NCBI RefSeq assembly: GCF_001194135.2
Contig: NC_068988.1
Coordinates: 13,535,459-13,599,458 of the forward strand
DNA: 64,000 bases
From: Octopus bimaculoides
Lineage: Eukaryota
Direction: 5' to 3'
The translations under genes and the position numbers were made by a program. Of this stretch, positions 12,106 to 25,722 are shown in pieces (positions within the stretch are counted from its first letter, which is position 1; the number at the start of each line of letters is the position of its first letter). The notes below the pieces were generated by a model. It was given only the letters and a program-made list of their open reading frames with translations, was not told where the DNA came from and made no database searches.

Positions 12106-13067
12106 CCATTATTCAAAGCTTTCTGTCAGAGAAAAGTAGGCATGGTGATGAGAACTCTTAAATTTAACAGAATGCTAAAAAACAAGGAGTATTTAAAAAA
12201 AAACATGGACCTATTCAAAACATTGTGTGTGTGTGAAAGAGAGATGGGGAGAGAGAGTGAGACAGAGAGAGAGAGTGAGACAGAGAGAGAGAGAGAAAGG
12301 GGGAGGGTAAAAGGTAATTTAAAATTGTATTTAGAAAATAGGAAAATGTTTAATAAAAGTCGTGTTGAAAAAAAAATCATGCAAATTTGCAACAGCTACT
12401 TTTTTTAAAAATGCCAATATTGCTTATTGGAACATCTTCTCTGTAGGTGAAAAATCTGTATTCACCTAATATTAAGACTTGAGGGCATGTTATGTAAATT
12501 CCATTTAAATATCAGAGTATATTAGAATAATCTATAAAATATACTTTAAGTGAATTAAGCGATAAGCAACAGGTTTTTGGATAAATAATTCAATAAATCT
12601 AATAAAATTAAATAACATTTAGAGATCTGTTAATCAGATTATTTCACTTGAATCAAGCAATAAAGATAAAAGATATATTAAACAAATAAGACATAAAAAG
12701 ATTTGAAAATTTAAATGAATATCAGCTTGATTCAATATTATTTCTATGAAAATCAAATAAGTCCCAAGTCCAGAATTTAAAATTCCAATATGTATTACTA
12801 TTGAGATCCTTTGAGATGATATGAGATTCATTATTAGCAGAATTAGTAAAGGGCATGATAATAATAATATAAGAGAGGCAGCTTTTAAATGATAAGTTAT
12901 ATTTTTTTGTTTCATATAAACTCTAATAAAAATTACAACTTCATAATTAAACCACGAAAAATGAAAATGTGACTTTCATTCTTAAAATCAAAGAATTGAA
13001 TGTACAAGATTTGTGGGGTCACAACGTGCCCCCCCCCCTGACAACAATAGATCATTATTATTATCAT

Positions 13068-13230
13068 CAAGTGGGTGAGTTGGCAGAATTGTTAATATGC
13101 CAAGCAAAGTGCTTAGCAGTATTTCATCCATCTTTACATTCTTGGTTCATATTCTGCTGAAGTTGACCCTTTCAGGGTTGATGGAAAAAGTACCAGTTGA
13201 ACACAGGGCTTAATGCAATTGACTAAATGT
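13068..13230 (+). mobile_element. SINE A
   Basis: AAGTGGGTGAGTTGGCAGAATTGTTA...GTGCTTAGCAGTATTTC...AAGTACCAGT; preceded by ATTATTATT. Confidence 0.75.
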
Positions 13231-13329
13231 AACAACAAGTTGGATGTTATTTATGATTAGCAATGAAGGAAACCCAAATCTGAGCACTAAGATTTTGTTA
13301 AATTTATAGTATCTGTTTTGAAAGAGTTT

Positions 13330-13548
13330 CAAAAGAATCAGGTATTTTCAAGTTGACAATGTTTTTTTCGGATGTGGGCAGTGGGATTGACATATCTATG
13401 AGCAGACATGTTTTGTCAATGTGATTTCTTACCACAATATCTGGTCTACTGGCCTATATAGCATAAGTTTGGATACTAAAGTCCCAAAGAACAGTGATAT
13501 CTATTTTTTTCCTCCTTTGGCAAGGCTTATATTCCCACCAGTTCCTTT
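13330..13548 (-). mobile_element. R4/Dong-clade LINE fragment, restriction-like endonuclease region
   Basis: Minus-strand translation NWWEYKP / DITVLWDFSIQTYAI*ASRPDIVVRNHIDKTCLLIDMSIP carries the RPDIV...LID PD-(D/E)xK motif of R2/R4-type RLE LINEs. Confidence 0.85.
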
Positions 13549-15119
13549 TCTAAAATTTGTTTTCTATAAAAGATTTATAGTAAAATGAAATTACAAGCAT
13601 AAAAAAATAAAAGACAACATTGTTTATTTCTTTTGTCTGTTGTTGGTCATGTTATGCTGTATTCTTTTAAGTTGGTTACATGATACAGTGTATTGTTTGC
13701 TGATAGCTTATTCCTCACTCTCTCACTGGGTATATTTCTCACCCTTTTCATACAGCTACTCTTTGCATTTCTTCTTTTTCTTTACTTTTCCTCCAATTTG
13801 TTTTCTAAACTCATAAACGCACACATTACCCCTCCCCCACACAAATTCATAATTCAATTGACTCAGGTAACAGAGCATTAATACATATTCTACATTATTT
13901 TGATGGCCCCCATCTCTGTCATCAAAATAATACAGAATACTTCAAAACTGGTTAGAACTGGTAAATGAGATAAAACGAAAATTTTGTTTTGTTGGTTACA
14001 CATAATGTCTGCCATAACCATTTGGTCAAGTGATATAATGTGTCAGCTGCTCAGTTTACCACTCATGGGGGAGTATGTCTATCTTTTTCCCTCTCTCTTT
14101 CTTTAAGTTAGTAGCAGCGTCTAGTCTTTCTATCTATCTTTGTCTGTTTCTCTCTCACTCTCTTTGTTAGTAGCAGCATATTATGTCCTTTTTCTTTCTC
14201 CCCCTCTATTGGAGTGTAAATTCAGTTATCACCCTCTCTCTTACTAACTGTTTCCCCCCCTTTCTCTATGGCAGTAGCAACATCTCTCTCTCTCTCTCTG
14301 GAGGAGTGTGTGTTCGGTTATCACTCCTAGCCATCCCTCATACCTTCTCTCTGTCTTCTAATCCCAGACATACACACACACAATTTCATGAGATGGCATA
14401 AGATTTATCACATTACTACATACCCCTTTCATCAACACAGACTAACATTTCTTACTTCTCACCTAATATTTAAAATATATTTAATGTAGAACCGATATCA
14501 AAATATAATTAGCACCATCATACATCATAAAATAATGTAAGTAGCAAACAAACAATATTTTGGTTACATGATATATTGACTGCTCAGTATGTCCATAACA
14601 TATCCTTCCTCTTTACCCCTTCATCTCTATCTCCCACCTGTAACAAAATATATTTTGTCACTGTTGCTTTACTTGTTTTGCAATAATTCCTTTCAGCTGC
14701 ATCAAACACCTCTTTCAGCTCCTGAACACACATACACACACACACACAATAATATAAAACTTTTGAAAATAGCTAGAATAAAGACAATTTCAGAAAGGAA
14801 AAAAAAAATTGTTAAAGAATATGAAAATAATGTGATTTGATTAACACTAAGAAGGATCCTACTTCAAGACTTGAAAAATTAGAGAAAGTAAAGATACTTT
14901 AATGAAATAACACCAGAATTATATCAAATAGAAGAAACTGTCAATCATTAATTTATACTCAATACTGGCAACCAGGAACCATACATATTCAATATGTACT
15001 TCACATAATCTATTCTTATTTCCACCTAAAGTATTTTCTTTTGTTAATAGTTTTCTTTTCCTGAGGTAATTAATAGTAAGTAACAGTGAATGAAGTCCAT
15101 TTCAAACAATTATTAGAAT

Positions 15120-15250
15120 GGAGTCTAGCAATCAAATGGTTTTGAGTTCAGTCTCAGCATGGCACTTGAGGTAAGTGTCTTCTACTATAAACCCAGGCTG
15201 AGTGATGCCTTGTAGGTCAATTTGATCAATAAAAACTGCAGGAAAGACAG
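15120..15250 (+). mobile_element. SINE B head fragment
   Basis: GAGTTCAGTCTCAGCATGGCACTTGAGGTAAGTGTCTTCTACTATA. Confidence 0.65.
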
Positions 15251-15679
15251 TTTCTCTTCTTCTCTCCTCCTTACCATATGATCAGTGCAATGCAAACTTT
15301 ACCAACCAGTCTATTTCCTTTTCCTCCCATTTTTATTTCTTCCAGACTAATTATATACAGTGATCTACAACTAAGATTTCAAGCAATAGAGACTGATTAA
15401 AAGTTTCATCTTTCTTCCAGGCCCTAATTATTATATGCAGTGTTCTACAACTGAAATTCCAAGGCATCAAAACTGTTTAAAAGTTCCACAAGGAAGATGA
15501 TGCCTCAGCAAACCCTAGTGATGGAAACTTGTCAAGGAGAGCAGTAATGCCAATTAAATTACTTACATAGGGGAAATGTGGACTCTGAAATCTGTAGTAA
15601 AAGCAACACTTTTAGGAAAGCACCCCTCTGAATAAAAAATATAAGGGGACACTTTAGCCATGGCAAACAATCTTATTAT

Positions 15680-17200
15680 CATTGGTGACATGAAAATGCA
15701 CCTAGTCTATACTGTGAGGTGATTGGTGATATGAAGGGCATCTGGCCAATAAAACAATACTAAACTCATGCAGAGCTACAACCCAATGGTAAACCTTAAT
15801 TGTGTATACAAAGCTAACACTCACTGTGGTAGTGCTGTGCACCATTGTGGGATGGTTAGCTGTAAACATCTGGTTGTATGCAAGAGGCCCTCAACTTCCA
15901 TTAAGCAATTGCACATTCCTGTTTAAATGCAAGAAAGAGGCTTCGAACATCAATCCTTTCACTATAGCATGGCATTCCTTCCATCAGGTAAAAATCTTTA
16001 GGGCTGCAACTATTAAAGCTAGTATGAAAGGTAACAAGTGAAATTATAGAGATGCTAGAGTAGAGGCAAGTATTTGTATGTTGTGGGCAAGAAGTAAGAT
16101 GGAGAGAAGACTCAGCTATGCACCTCATAGGTAAAGAACACAAGTACAAATTCTTCTGGGTAGGAAATGATCCTGGTTTAGGTAGGTAGATAATGTAATT
16201 GAGGTGAACAAGAGTTATGTGACAGGATAATTAAACATAGACTAGCTGTAGAAAAAGCAATGGCAATTGCCATCTCTATGTCTCACAACTGAAACTAACT
16301 GAAGAGACAAAGAGTTGCTTCTGTAAGCTTCTCTCTAGAACCTACCTTAGTAACAAATGACAGCAACATCATTATCTTGGCTGGTGACTTCAATGAACAT
16401 ACTAGGTAGCACAGTGAAAGCTACTCTAGAGTACATGGTGGTTATGGATATGATTGTTGTAATGAAGAGGGTTCAAGTTTTCTAGAGTTCTGTAACGTAA
16501 ATAAACTATCCACAGAATAAATCTCAGGAAACCAATAAACCACTTGATCACCTTCCAACTGAGTAAACATGCAAGCCAGATAAATTTTATTTTCATTAGG
16601 AAACAGGATAGATTAATTTTTGTAAATACTAAGTCTTCCTTTAGTAAATAATGTACCACCCAACATAGGCTGCTGATTAGGACTTCACAATAAGAGTTTA
16701 ATGGACTGCAACTAAAGGCAGTCGAGAGAAGGAAGATTGTAGAAACTAAAACATCCTCCTGCGAAATATATGTAGATAACACAAAGGATGAAAAGGAGGA
16801 GATCGGGACCTATAATAGTTGACAACTGGTAGTTTCTTTGAGATAACCTGCTAAAAACTACCAACCAGATCTGTGGTTAGAACAAAGTACCAGCTAGATA
16901 AAAAGTAACATGATGGGGAAATAGTGTCACGAATAGAAGCATAAAGGCTAAAAGACATGCCTGGAAAGACTGGAAGAAAGGAGATGGTAAAGAGCAATAA
17001 TACATCACTAAAAGAAAAGCTAGTTGACAAGTGTATGTAATGTGAAGAGAAGCTGAAGAAAGATTGCCAGTGTTCAGTGGTGGGAAGGATCAAATGTGTG
17101 AGGTTTCTGGTAGTGCATGAAACTGGACCAAAATGTTGGGAAAAAGTGTTTGTTTTCAGAACAACAGTGATGATGGCATGGAGATGTTACTACAAGAGGC
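15680..17200 (+). mobile_element. Decayed RTE LINE 5' part: UTR motif, APE endonuclease and linker
   Basis: QEVRWR (16088), KYKFFWVGN, NDSNIIILAGDFNEH (16356-16400), VHGGYGY...NEEG, SQINFIFIRKQDR, TQHRLLI, KRHAWKDWKK; many stops; cut off by (TA)n and a gap at 17205. Confidence 0.9.
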
Positions 17201-17249
17201 ATCTGTATACATATATACATATATGTGCATGTATGTACATGTGTATGTG

Positions 17250-17296
<47 letters not shown>

Positions 17297-17416
17297 NNNN
17301 NNNNNNNNNNNNNNNNNNNNNNNNNNNNNNNNNNNNNNNNNNNNNNNNNNNNNNNNNNNNNNNNNNNNNNNNNNNNNNNNNNNNNNNNNNNNNNNNNNNN
17401 NNNNNNNNNNNNNNNN
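17297..17416. other. Assembly gap (120 N) next to (TA)n
   Basis: Run of N. Other gaps: 21747-21756, 25750-26178, 28838-29021, 41935-41995, 50304-50372. Confidence 1.
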
Positions 17417-19714
17417 AAAACAAAAGGAAAGGCTATATATGTATATCATAATCTATCAAAGTGTTTCATAAAATTCTTTAAAAAGATAATCTATCATGAT
17501 TGCATCATATTTTCTATAGTAGAAGATTTTGTAGAGCCATTTATGTCAGTTATCGATGCCACTTTGAATCTCAAGAAAGCTTGTTCAGCATGAAATACCA
17601 CCAACAGTTAATTGTTAGTAACTCTGATTTCGTTGTTTCATTGATTTTTGGATTCACTTCTGGCACTTACTAAGAAATTCAGATCTACTAGGGAAAGTTT
17701 ATACTTGCACACATGTAGATTCTCATATTTTATCTTACATTTACTAGTCAGTAGATATTGGTTGTTTTGTCCCAATTTTGTATGGTTTTGTTCTGAGAAT
17801 TACATTAGGAGCTAGCTTTGCAAAGGAATTTAATAATCAACACTTGAAAGCAACTGAGTAGGTCTATTTTGTCAGAAATTTAAAAAAGAAAAGTAGATAG
17901 ATATATAAAAAAAAAACCTACTGTTGTTTTTCTCTACATACAGTTAAAAATAACCTGTAATGTAAGCCTACTGTTTCAAATACTGACATTCTATTATTCA
18001 AAGTCTAAGGAATACTCATTTGATGTTGCATAATTGTGCTGAAGAGTAATTATTGAAAAAAACTGACTTCCATTCTCTAGTATGGGCTAATAATCCAAAT
18101 GTGTTATTTTTTTAAATGAATTTAACAACTAAACAGATTAATCATAATACAGTTAAAATTAATAATCAACAAAATAGTGAAGAAGTCTACAAGTTATTGG
18201 GAGAGATTTATCGAATGATTCCCCTCCCCCTCTCCAGAAATCCTATATTCCACTCTTGAATATAAGATCCACAAAATTATTCCCCTTTTACATCTTACAA
18301 CTTCATTATTTTATCACTGCATCAATGAAATCTCTTATGGTGAAATACTAACTGAATATAGTTAGAGGTACCCGCCTAAAGAAAGTGATGTAACAAATAA
18401 ATTATTTTAGTTATGATAGCACTTAAATGCAATATAGTAAATTTCCTGTATCCTCTATATATAATTAAACAAAATTTTTTAATGAAGTTTTCTTGATTTA
18501 AAAAGTAACGCTATAACTTTTAACTGAATACCAACGCAGGAAGCTTGTTTGAAATAGTTCACTTTGAAAACATTGTAAGTGATGGACCCTTGATGAAATT
18601 GTAGCAACTAGGATGCATAATTGCATACAGAGCAATGTGTAGTAGTTGCTGCAATTGAAACATAAATTGGTCATTGTTATATATGCTGTAGAAAACTTTT
18701 TTAATAAAAAGTTTTGGATGTGAATAAATCTTCACTCTCCTCTTCATTTTCAATTGTATACTCTATGGAATATTTGCAGTTCTGAACAGGAACAAGGAAC
18801 TACCAAACAAGTGGAGCTTACAAGTACCAATATCTATTCATACTTGAGTACCATGTAATTTGAATGTTGTGGATAGCCTACATCTATACCATTTTATGAG
18901 ATAATTCCGTATCCACCAGGATAATTTAACCTTTATATATATATATATATATATATAGATAAAATGCAAATGGTGAACTTATCCTGTTTTTTTTTATTTT
19001 GTTCTTATATATGTTTTTACAATCAGTTTAATTCAAAGCTGAAACTTTTGTTCATTTACAATTAACTAACGAAACTGACACTAATTTTAAAGATCAATAC
19101 TACAAGATTATTACTTATCAAAATTGTTAAACAAAATAGCCTAGGTTTGTAACTTATTCAACTGATGAGTAGATTACATAAAACTATTTAATTTATTTGA
19201 TAAATTGAGCCCTAACTTCTTAATCTGGTATTGGGAACATAAAGTAACAACAGATTTGTCTGGATAATGAACAAAATTTATAATTGATTTTATATTATAT
19301 ATGTTTTGTAAAATAAACTAATTTGATAAATCCTGAATACTAAACATTCATTAAATGAAAATGGTAAATTCTTCAAAGTCAAACAACGAATATTGTACAG
19401 AGAAAACACAAGTGACATAACTCATAACATTTGTAAACATGAGAAGTACAAAATCTATAAAATATGAGCAGAAAATTTTGGTTGTCAATTTATGATTCCA
19501 GATATTTCCTACTTGTTCTTTATTTTACCTTTAAAATTCATTGAAAGAGTAGGAAGATTAATCTGTTGCAGCTGAAGAAGTGTGAGTAAATAGAGAGGCA
19601 AGAAGGGACTGCAGACATCAGAGGTGTTGTTTCATAACCCTTTTGTTACCATTCTGTCCCAAACTTAAACAACTCTACTAGGTTGCTGCCCATGGTGGTA
19701 GTGGTGGTGTCACC

Positions 19715-19880
19715 ATTTTAGCTTGCTTTTCCATGCTGGTATAGACTGGATGGAGCTCACAGTGTCTCATCGTTTGTTGCACACAACAGAGATAATCAGG
19801 CAACTATGTTTTTGTTTACTTCTGCATGGTTTTTAAGGCTGAGTGCCACTTCTGCCACCAGCCACTCTATATCATAAGCT
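19715..19880 (-). mobile_element. Degenerate RTE-tailed element
   Basis: TTTTCCATGCTGGTATAGACTGGATGG and GCATGGTTTTTAAGGCTG resemble the 5318 element. Confidence 0.55.
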
Positions 19881-21169
19881 GATGGATTTAATTATGCACC
19901 AACACTAGAGAGGTCGTCTGCAGGACTAAAGTATCCCCCTTCATTATTCAGACTTACCCCACTATTAAACGAGTAGCCTGCAATCTGGTTTGCAGAGTCC
20001 ACATCTTTTTGTGTATTCCATATTTGGCACAGGTTCCATGGTAGGTGGAGGTTGTTAAAAAGTTAGATTATAGATAAGTGGTGGAGGGGTGGTGGAGGTG
20101 GTGAGCATATTGACCTCAGCAAAATAACATTGCTAAAGTCCTTCCAGCAGAGGTCCTTATTAAAGGCCATCAAGCTATGTTGAAATTTACAGAATTTACA
20201 ATAAATATTACAAAACAACACTGACTAAACAATTGGCTTAGTTTTATAACAACAGTTTGCCTGCAGCTCTGCACGTGTTTACTGTGCAATTATTAAAAGT
20301 TTACAGAAATTAAATTAAACAGTACTCCTTAATAATTAATAATATTAAAATGTATACATTTATTACAAAACTTTTTTTTTTTTTGTGGGTTATCATTTTT
20401 ATCTTGTTTCATTCAATAATTAGAGCTTTGTATTATTAATGATTGGAGAATATGATCAAATTTTGAGAAGTGATATTTTTCTTCTTCTTTATTTTTTATT
20501 TTAGAATTATTTCGAAATGTGTTTATGAAAAACTAAACATCAAATATATCATATTTCAAACAGAAATAACAGCATACATTGTATGCTAACTTTAATGTTT
20601 TCAAATGCCTGGTTTTCAAGTAATAAATATCTCTGTTTATAGCATTTTATTTTATTGTTATTCATTGTAAATCAATATAATTTGCCATCAATCAATTTGT
20701 GACAAATCAATCTAGTTCATGAATACAGAATACTTATTACTAAATGACTGTATTGAAAGTTACTAGCAATACATAACCTCATGTTAGAACTCAGAAACAT
20801 ATTCCAATGGGAACATGACAATATAGTAGTCTCCTTTTACAGCACTAAAGCACAAATGCTACTTACATGAAGTAAATAATCTTACATTACACATCCCTCT
20901 CTGCACATAACATATGACTAAGGCCCTCAAAGTTTCTATAAACAGTTACTTCCTATGGTAACCTGACATGTATATAATGTTGTTTAAAAACCAGAACACA
21001 ATGATTATGCTATCTCTACCAAGCAAAAAAATATTTTAGTTCTGATCAGTTGCTAACTCTCCACAAAGCACATCTAAGATCCACATTAAAGCACTGCTTG
21101 CACATTGGGATTTTGCTGCTTTGTATATATAAACATCAAAGACTGCATCTGAAAAAGGGCCATATAACT

Positions 21170-21550
21170 CATCATCATTAGAATCATTGTTTTAGCATCA
21201 ACTTTTCCATTCTTGCATGGATCAAATGAAAATATGTTAGAGTTTTTTGCAGTTGTATACCCTTCCTGACACCAAACCCCAATTGTGTGGTAATTATCTT
21301 TCACTCTACTGGTCGATCAAACAACAGACAGCCCAGACATGCTTATGTAAAGAACTGGAAACAAACGATCCTACGTGAATGAGCTTTTGTTAACAAAGAA
21401 TGCACATGTCAAGAGACACTATGAAGCCTAGACATGTTTTTGCAATGGACTAGAAGCAAATAGCACCATTAATTCAGCTATTGTTTACAATCAGTGAACA
21501 AACAAGTGTAGACAAGGAAATACAAACTCACTCACACATGTATACTGACT
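21170..21550 (-). mobile_element. Old SINE B tail Y region, duplicated-module subfamily
   Basis: CATCATCAT...CTTTTCCATTCTTGCATGGATC...CCCTTCCTGACACCAAAC, then two copies of an AGACATG...CT(G/A)GAA module. Confidence 0.7.
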
Positions 21551-21681
21551 GGCTGACAAAAAAGCCATTCATCTACATACTATCACTGGCTGAAACACTT
21601 TATCATCTACAACAATTTCTTGTTTGAGTTAGAAAATTACATATTACCTTTCTCCTGGCCCATGCAATATATCTGTGTCTC

Positions 21682-21856
21682 TAAGGTGGTGAGCAGGCAG
21701 AAATGTTAGCACGCCGGGCAAAATGCTTAGCGCTATTTCGTCTGTCNNNNNNNNNNTCGATAAATCAAATACTAGTTGCGTACCGGGGTCGATCTAATTG
21801 ACTGCCCCCCCCCCTCAAAAATTTCGGGCCTTGTGCTTAGAGTAGAAAAGAATATA
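21682..21856 (+). mobile_element. Young SINE A (internal 10-N gap)
   Basis: TAAGGTGGTGAGCAGGCAGAAATGTTAGCACGCCGGGCAAAATGCTTAGCG...GGGGTCGAT...GGCCTTGTGCTTAGAGTAGAAA; CpGs retained. Confidence 0.9.
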
Positions 21857-22806
21857 TGTCTCTCTCTCTCTCTCTCTCTCATCATTCCTATTATGTCTCA
21901 ATCCCAGCCCCACATTAAACAATTTGTCCAGTCATTTAACCTCAGAGTTGCAGCCCTCAAGAATTCCTTCTCTACTTGTGTGTTTTCTTCATAGGCTTTG
22001 ATCTACAGAAGTTAAAACTGATTACCAACTGTTTCAATTCTGCCAATTTGAAGGGTCAGCATAAGTCACAGATATTGCCTGTTCTCCAATTATACATAAA
22101 AAGAGAGAATAAATATACTTGACTAAATGTATCTGATGACACACAGTGACATTAAAGTGACAAAAGACTGTGGAAAAAAAAAAAAAAAAAAGAATGATGC
22201 CAACTGTACAGTGCATTCTGTTCCAGAGTTAACACCACCACCATACATAAAGAGAAAAGAAAATTACAATTATGAATTATGCACTTTGCATTCTTGTACA
22301 TTTACTGTATGTTATTACTACATTCGATGGACTAAAAGGCATAAATGCACATGTAAGTGGCTCCATTGTATTTCAGCAAATAGACACAACAGAGTATTCA
22401 GAAAGTTTTTAGTGCAATTAAATCATGTTTATTGAAATGTTTAATAATAATAGAAAAAAAGCTCTAATAATTCCTTTGTTAAGTATCACTAATATTAATG
22501 ATGACGTTAGAATAAACAACAATACAATATGGTGTTTGGTTAGAGTACTGAATTTTAGAGTATACATTAGCTTACAGAAGGCTTTAGTTTCATATCTAAA
22601 ACACAATCGCAATGTTTTAGGGGAAATTCTCTCTTATGTCATAAAATATTGTATTTCTCACTTATTATTTAAACTAAGAGCATAAATATTGTAAAAGGAA
22701 ATACAATTAATATGCTAACATACAAACTTATTGAAAATAATATGTTACTATTAATAACTTTCATATGCAATTTTTGTCTTGGAAATATTTTTTCATTGTG
22801 CTTCTT

Positions 22807-22810
<4 letters not shown>

Positions 22811-22880
<70 letters not shown>
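22811..22880. repeat. Perfect (AT)35 microsatellite
   Basis: 70 bp of uninterrupted AT. Confidence 0.98.
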
Positions 22881-22883
<3 letters not shown>

Positions 22884-23379
22884 AATATATCCCATTGCAA
22901 TTTTAAACTATTTAAATACTCTTTGCTATTACAGTATTCAATTTGTCATGAATTATTGATAAAGAAATAACACTATATTTTCATTTAAAACTCTTAGATA
23001 CTGCATCATTATCATAATCGTCATTGTTACTACTGGGATTTCAAGACTGACATTTGCTTTGAATTCATATGTAAAAGATTGTCCTTGACTCATTTTGTAT
23101 TAGTGATCTAATTGACTTTATAGCAGTCATACAGGAATACCTGTAAATGATTGTTAAATGAGAGGCCATTTCACATAGAAATATTATAAATGGTAAGCAG
23201 TTACATTCTTAACGATGAGATTTGTCATAAAATCTTCCTCTTCCAATTGTTACATCCACTTTGAGTGCTTAATGCTTCCTTTAACAGCTGATATCCTCCA
23301 TACACATTACATTGCAAATAATTTCATATGCTTCCCCCAGCCTTTCAAAATACTGAACAGATCAGTGGCCAGATATACT

Positions 23380-23560
23380 TTTGCAGGGGGTTACAAACAT
23401 ACACCATTTTTGCATGGTGGTGACATTTGTTTACAATTAGTTTACTCTGTCATACAAGGAGAAACAAACTCACTTACACAATGGGCTTCTCCCAGTTTCT
23501 GTTTTTCAAATTTCACTCAAGGTATTGGTCAACCTATGGCTATGGTAGAAGACACTAGCT
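23380..23560 (-). mobile_element. Degenerate SINE B fragment
   Basis: GGCTTCTCCCAGTTTCTG...GGTATTGGTCAACC...GCTATGGTAGAAGACAC is the reverse complement of the B core. Confidence 0.65.
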
Positions 23561-25397
23561 GGCACATACATATTTTGTTTTCTATTCTTGATTTACACAA
23601 TGTCATTGATCACCCACACATATCATCATCATTATAAGTGTGCTTTACAATTCAAAAAATCAGTTGTGAACATCAACAATCATAAGACTGAGTGGTTATA
23701 GGTAGTAAGCTATGATAATTACTACAATGCTTTCTGCATTGAGTACTGATAAATTCAAAAATATATGAAATACATCAACCCCATCAATCACTCAGTTTCA
23801 GACGGACTGCAAGTAACATAAAATAATAATGGAACAATATTCCCTTCAACCAGACCCAACTCCAGTCCTAATAAATACTTATATCAACATTTTAAATATG
23901 TGGTTTAAAACTTACATACTTGTATTCACAAATTTGAATCCTATAACAATTTGAATCATTTAGGAATAATTCAGTTGTTTTCTTAACCTGTGATCATTTT
24001 GTCTGTTTCTCACAACCACCTTTCACATTCAATGGCTCATTATTCTATTATTTTTTTAAGCAAATGCAAGTCTCCTGTTTTTGTCATTGCCAAATAACAT
24101 TATATAATATATGCATTATACATTTATATTTTTACAGAACAGAATATTTTTGTCATGAACAATGAAAATATTTCACTAAATATCGTCCATTATGTTCTCC
24201 TTGGCACTAGAACAGAACTAATAAAATAACAAAACATCTATATATTTCAGTGATCAAATTCGGAAATAATTCATAGTCTGGTGTGTTGAAAATTGGTTTA
24301 ATAAAACATAAAGGAAAAAAGAAAAACAAGTTGATTAAATGCCACTCTCCAAAATAAAATAGGCAAGGGAGCATAAATTTGGTAAAAAAACTAAATTAAC
24401 TGAATTCCTCATTAATGATGCTGACCATGTTGACACATCTTATAAGACAATAGCAACAAGGTATTAATCTCACTGTTTTTTCAAGGTAGATTTTGAATTC
24501 AATCTCATTGAAAATTCAGTTCAGTCGTCATTTACTTAGTAAAATCTTCCTTAAATCTAACATCCCTTTACTTGAATATCTAGTCTATTTATTTTGAGGA
24601 CCTATGTGATTAGCCCAGTTACATAATTAAATTTTTTCTATGGATCGATATCAGCTGTCTCCATTGGTTAATATCATGATGTTTTGCCAGATTCCAATTG
24701 GTGATTAATATTCTTAAACAATGCCGATCCATACATCACTGCTATATATACTGTGCAGTAATTTACTAATTCATATATCAGTTTCTTTTACTACTTTCTT
24801 TGTATGTATTAATCAGATTTTACCACTCATATATTTTTAGCTTCTTCAATTCCCATAATATTACAATAGAAATGACTCCAACACAATCTACTTCTATATC
24901 AACACACTTAATGTAAATCAGGTTTGTTCTTTGTCAAGTTATTCTTTATCAGTTATTTTGCAAGAAACATGTTGTGTGCAGTCCCCTGGTAGAAATTGTA
25001 TATGTGTAATTTAAGTCTATGCTATTCTGGTCTATTAATTTTAGTCATCCAAATTCCTACTTTATACTGCATCACTGTTGCAGTTAACAATAGCAGCAAA
25101 ATTACAGGAAATATTTACTCAGTTGGAGATATTGTAAATGCTAAAAGAATCTTCTTTGAATGCCAACTTTCAAACAGAATTAGAACTGTAAGTGAACAGG
25201 AAGTTAGAGTTAATAGGTAGCAAAGAAAGAGGACAACTGGTCCTTTTATGAAACCAGATATTTCAACTCCTCCCAAAATGTTCAACTATTGATGGAATTA
25301 TATTACAATATTTAAAAAAAAAAAAAGATTAAAAACATAAATGTCATGTTTTAGAAGCATGGCTTTACTTTTTCAAATAGTAAACTGTTTTGTTAAT

Positions 25398-25722
25398 TAC
25401 TGAAGTAATACACACGCACATACATACATATATATATACATATATACACATATATGCGTATATATACACACACATATATATATATATACACACACAAACA
25501 TATATATACATATATATATATATACACACACATATATACATATATATATACACACACATATATACATATATATATACACACACACACACATATATATATA
25601 TATACACACACGTATATATATATATACATATACACACACACATATATATATACATATACACACATACATATATATATACATATATACATGCAAACATACA
25701 TGCGTATATATATATATATATA
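25398..25722. repeat. Compound (TA)/(CA) microsatellite
   Basis: About 325 bp of interleaved TA and CA runs; source of several spurious ORFs. Confidence 0.95.

Noticed and set aside
21682-21746. SINE heads as tRNA genes
   Set aside because: They have A/B-box-like motifs but no full cloverleaf and are followed by SINE bodies.
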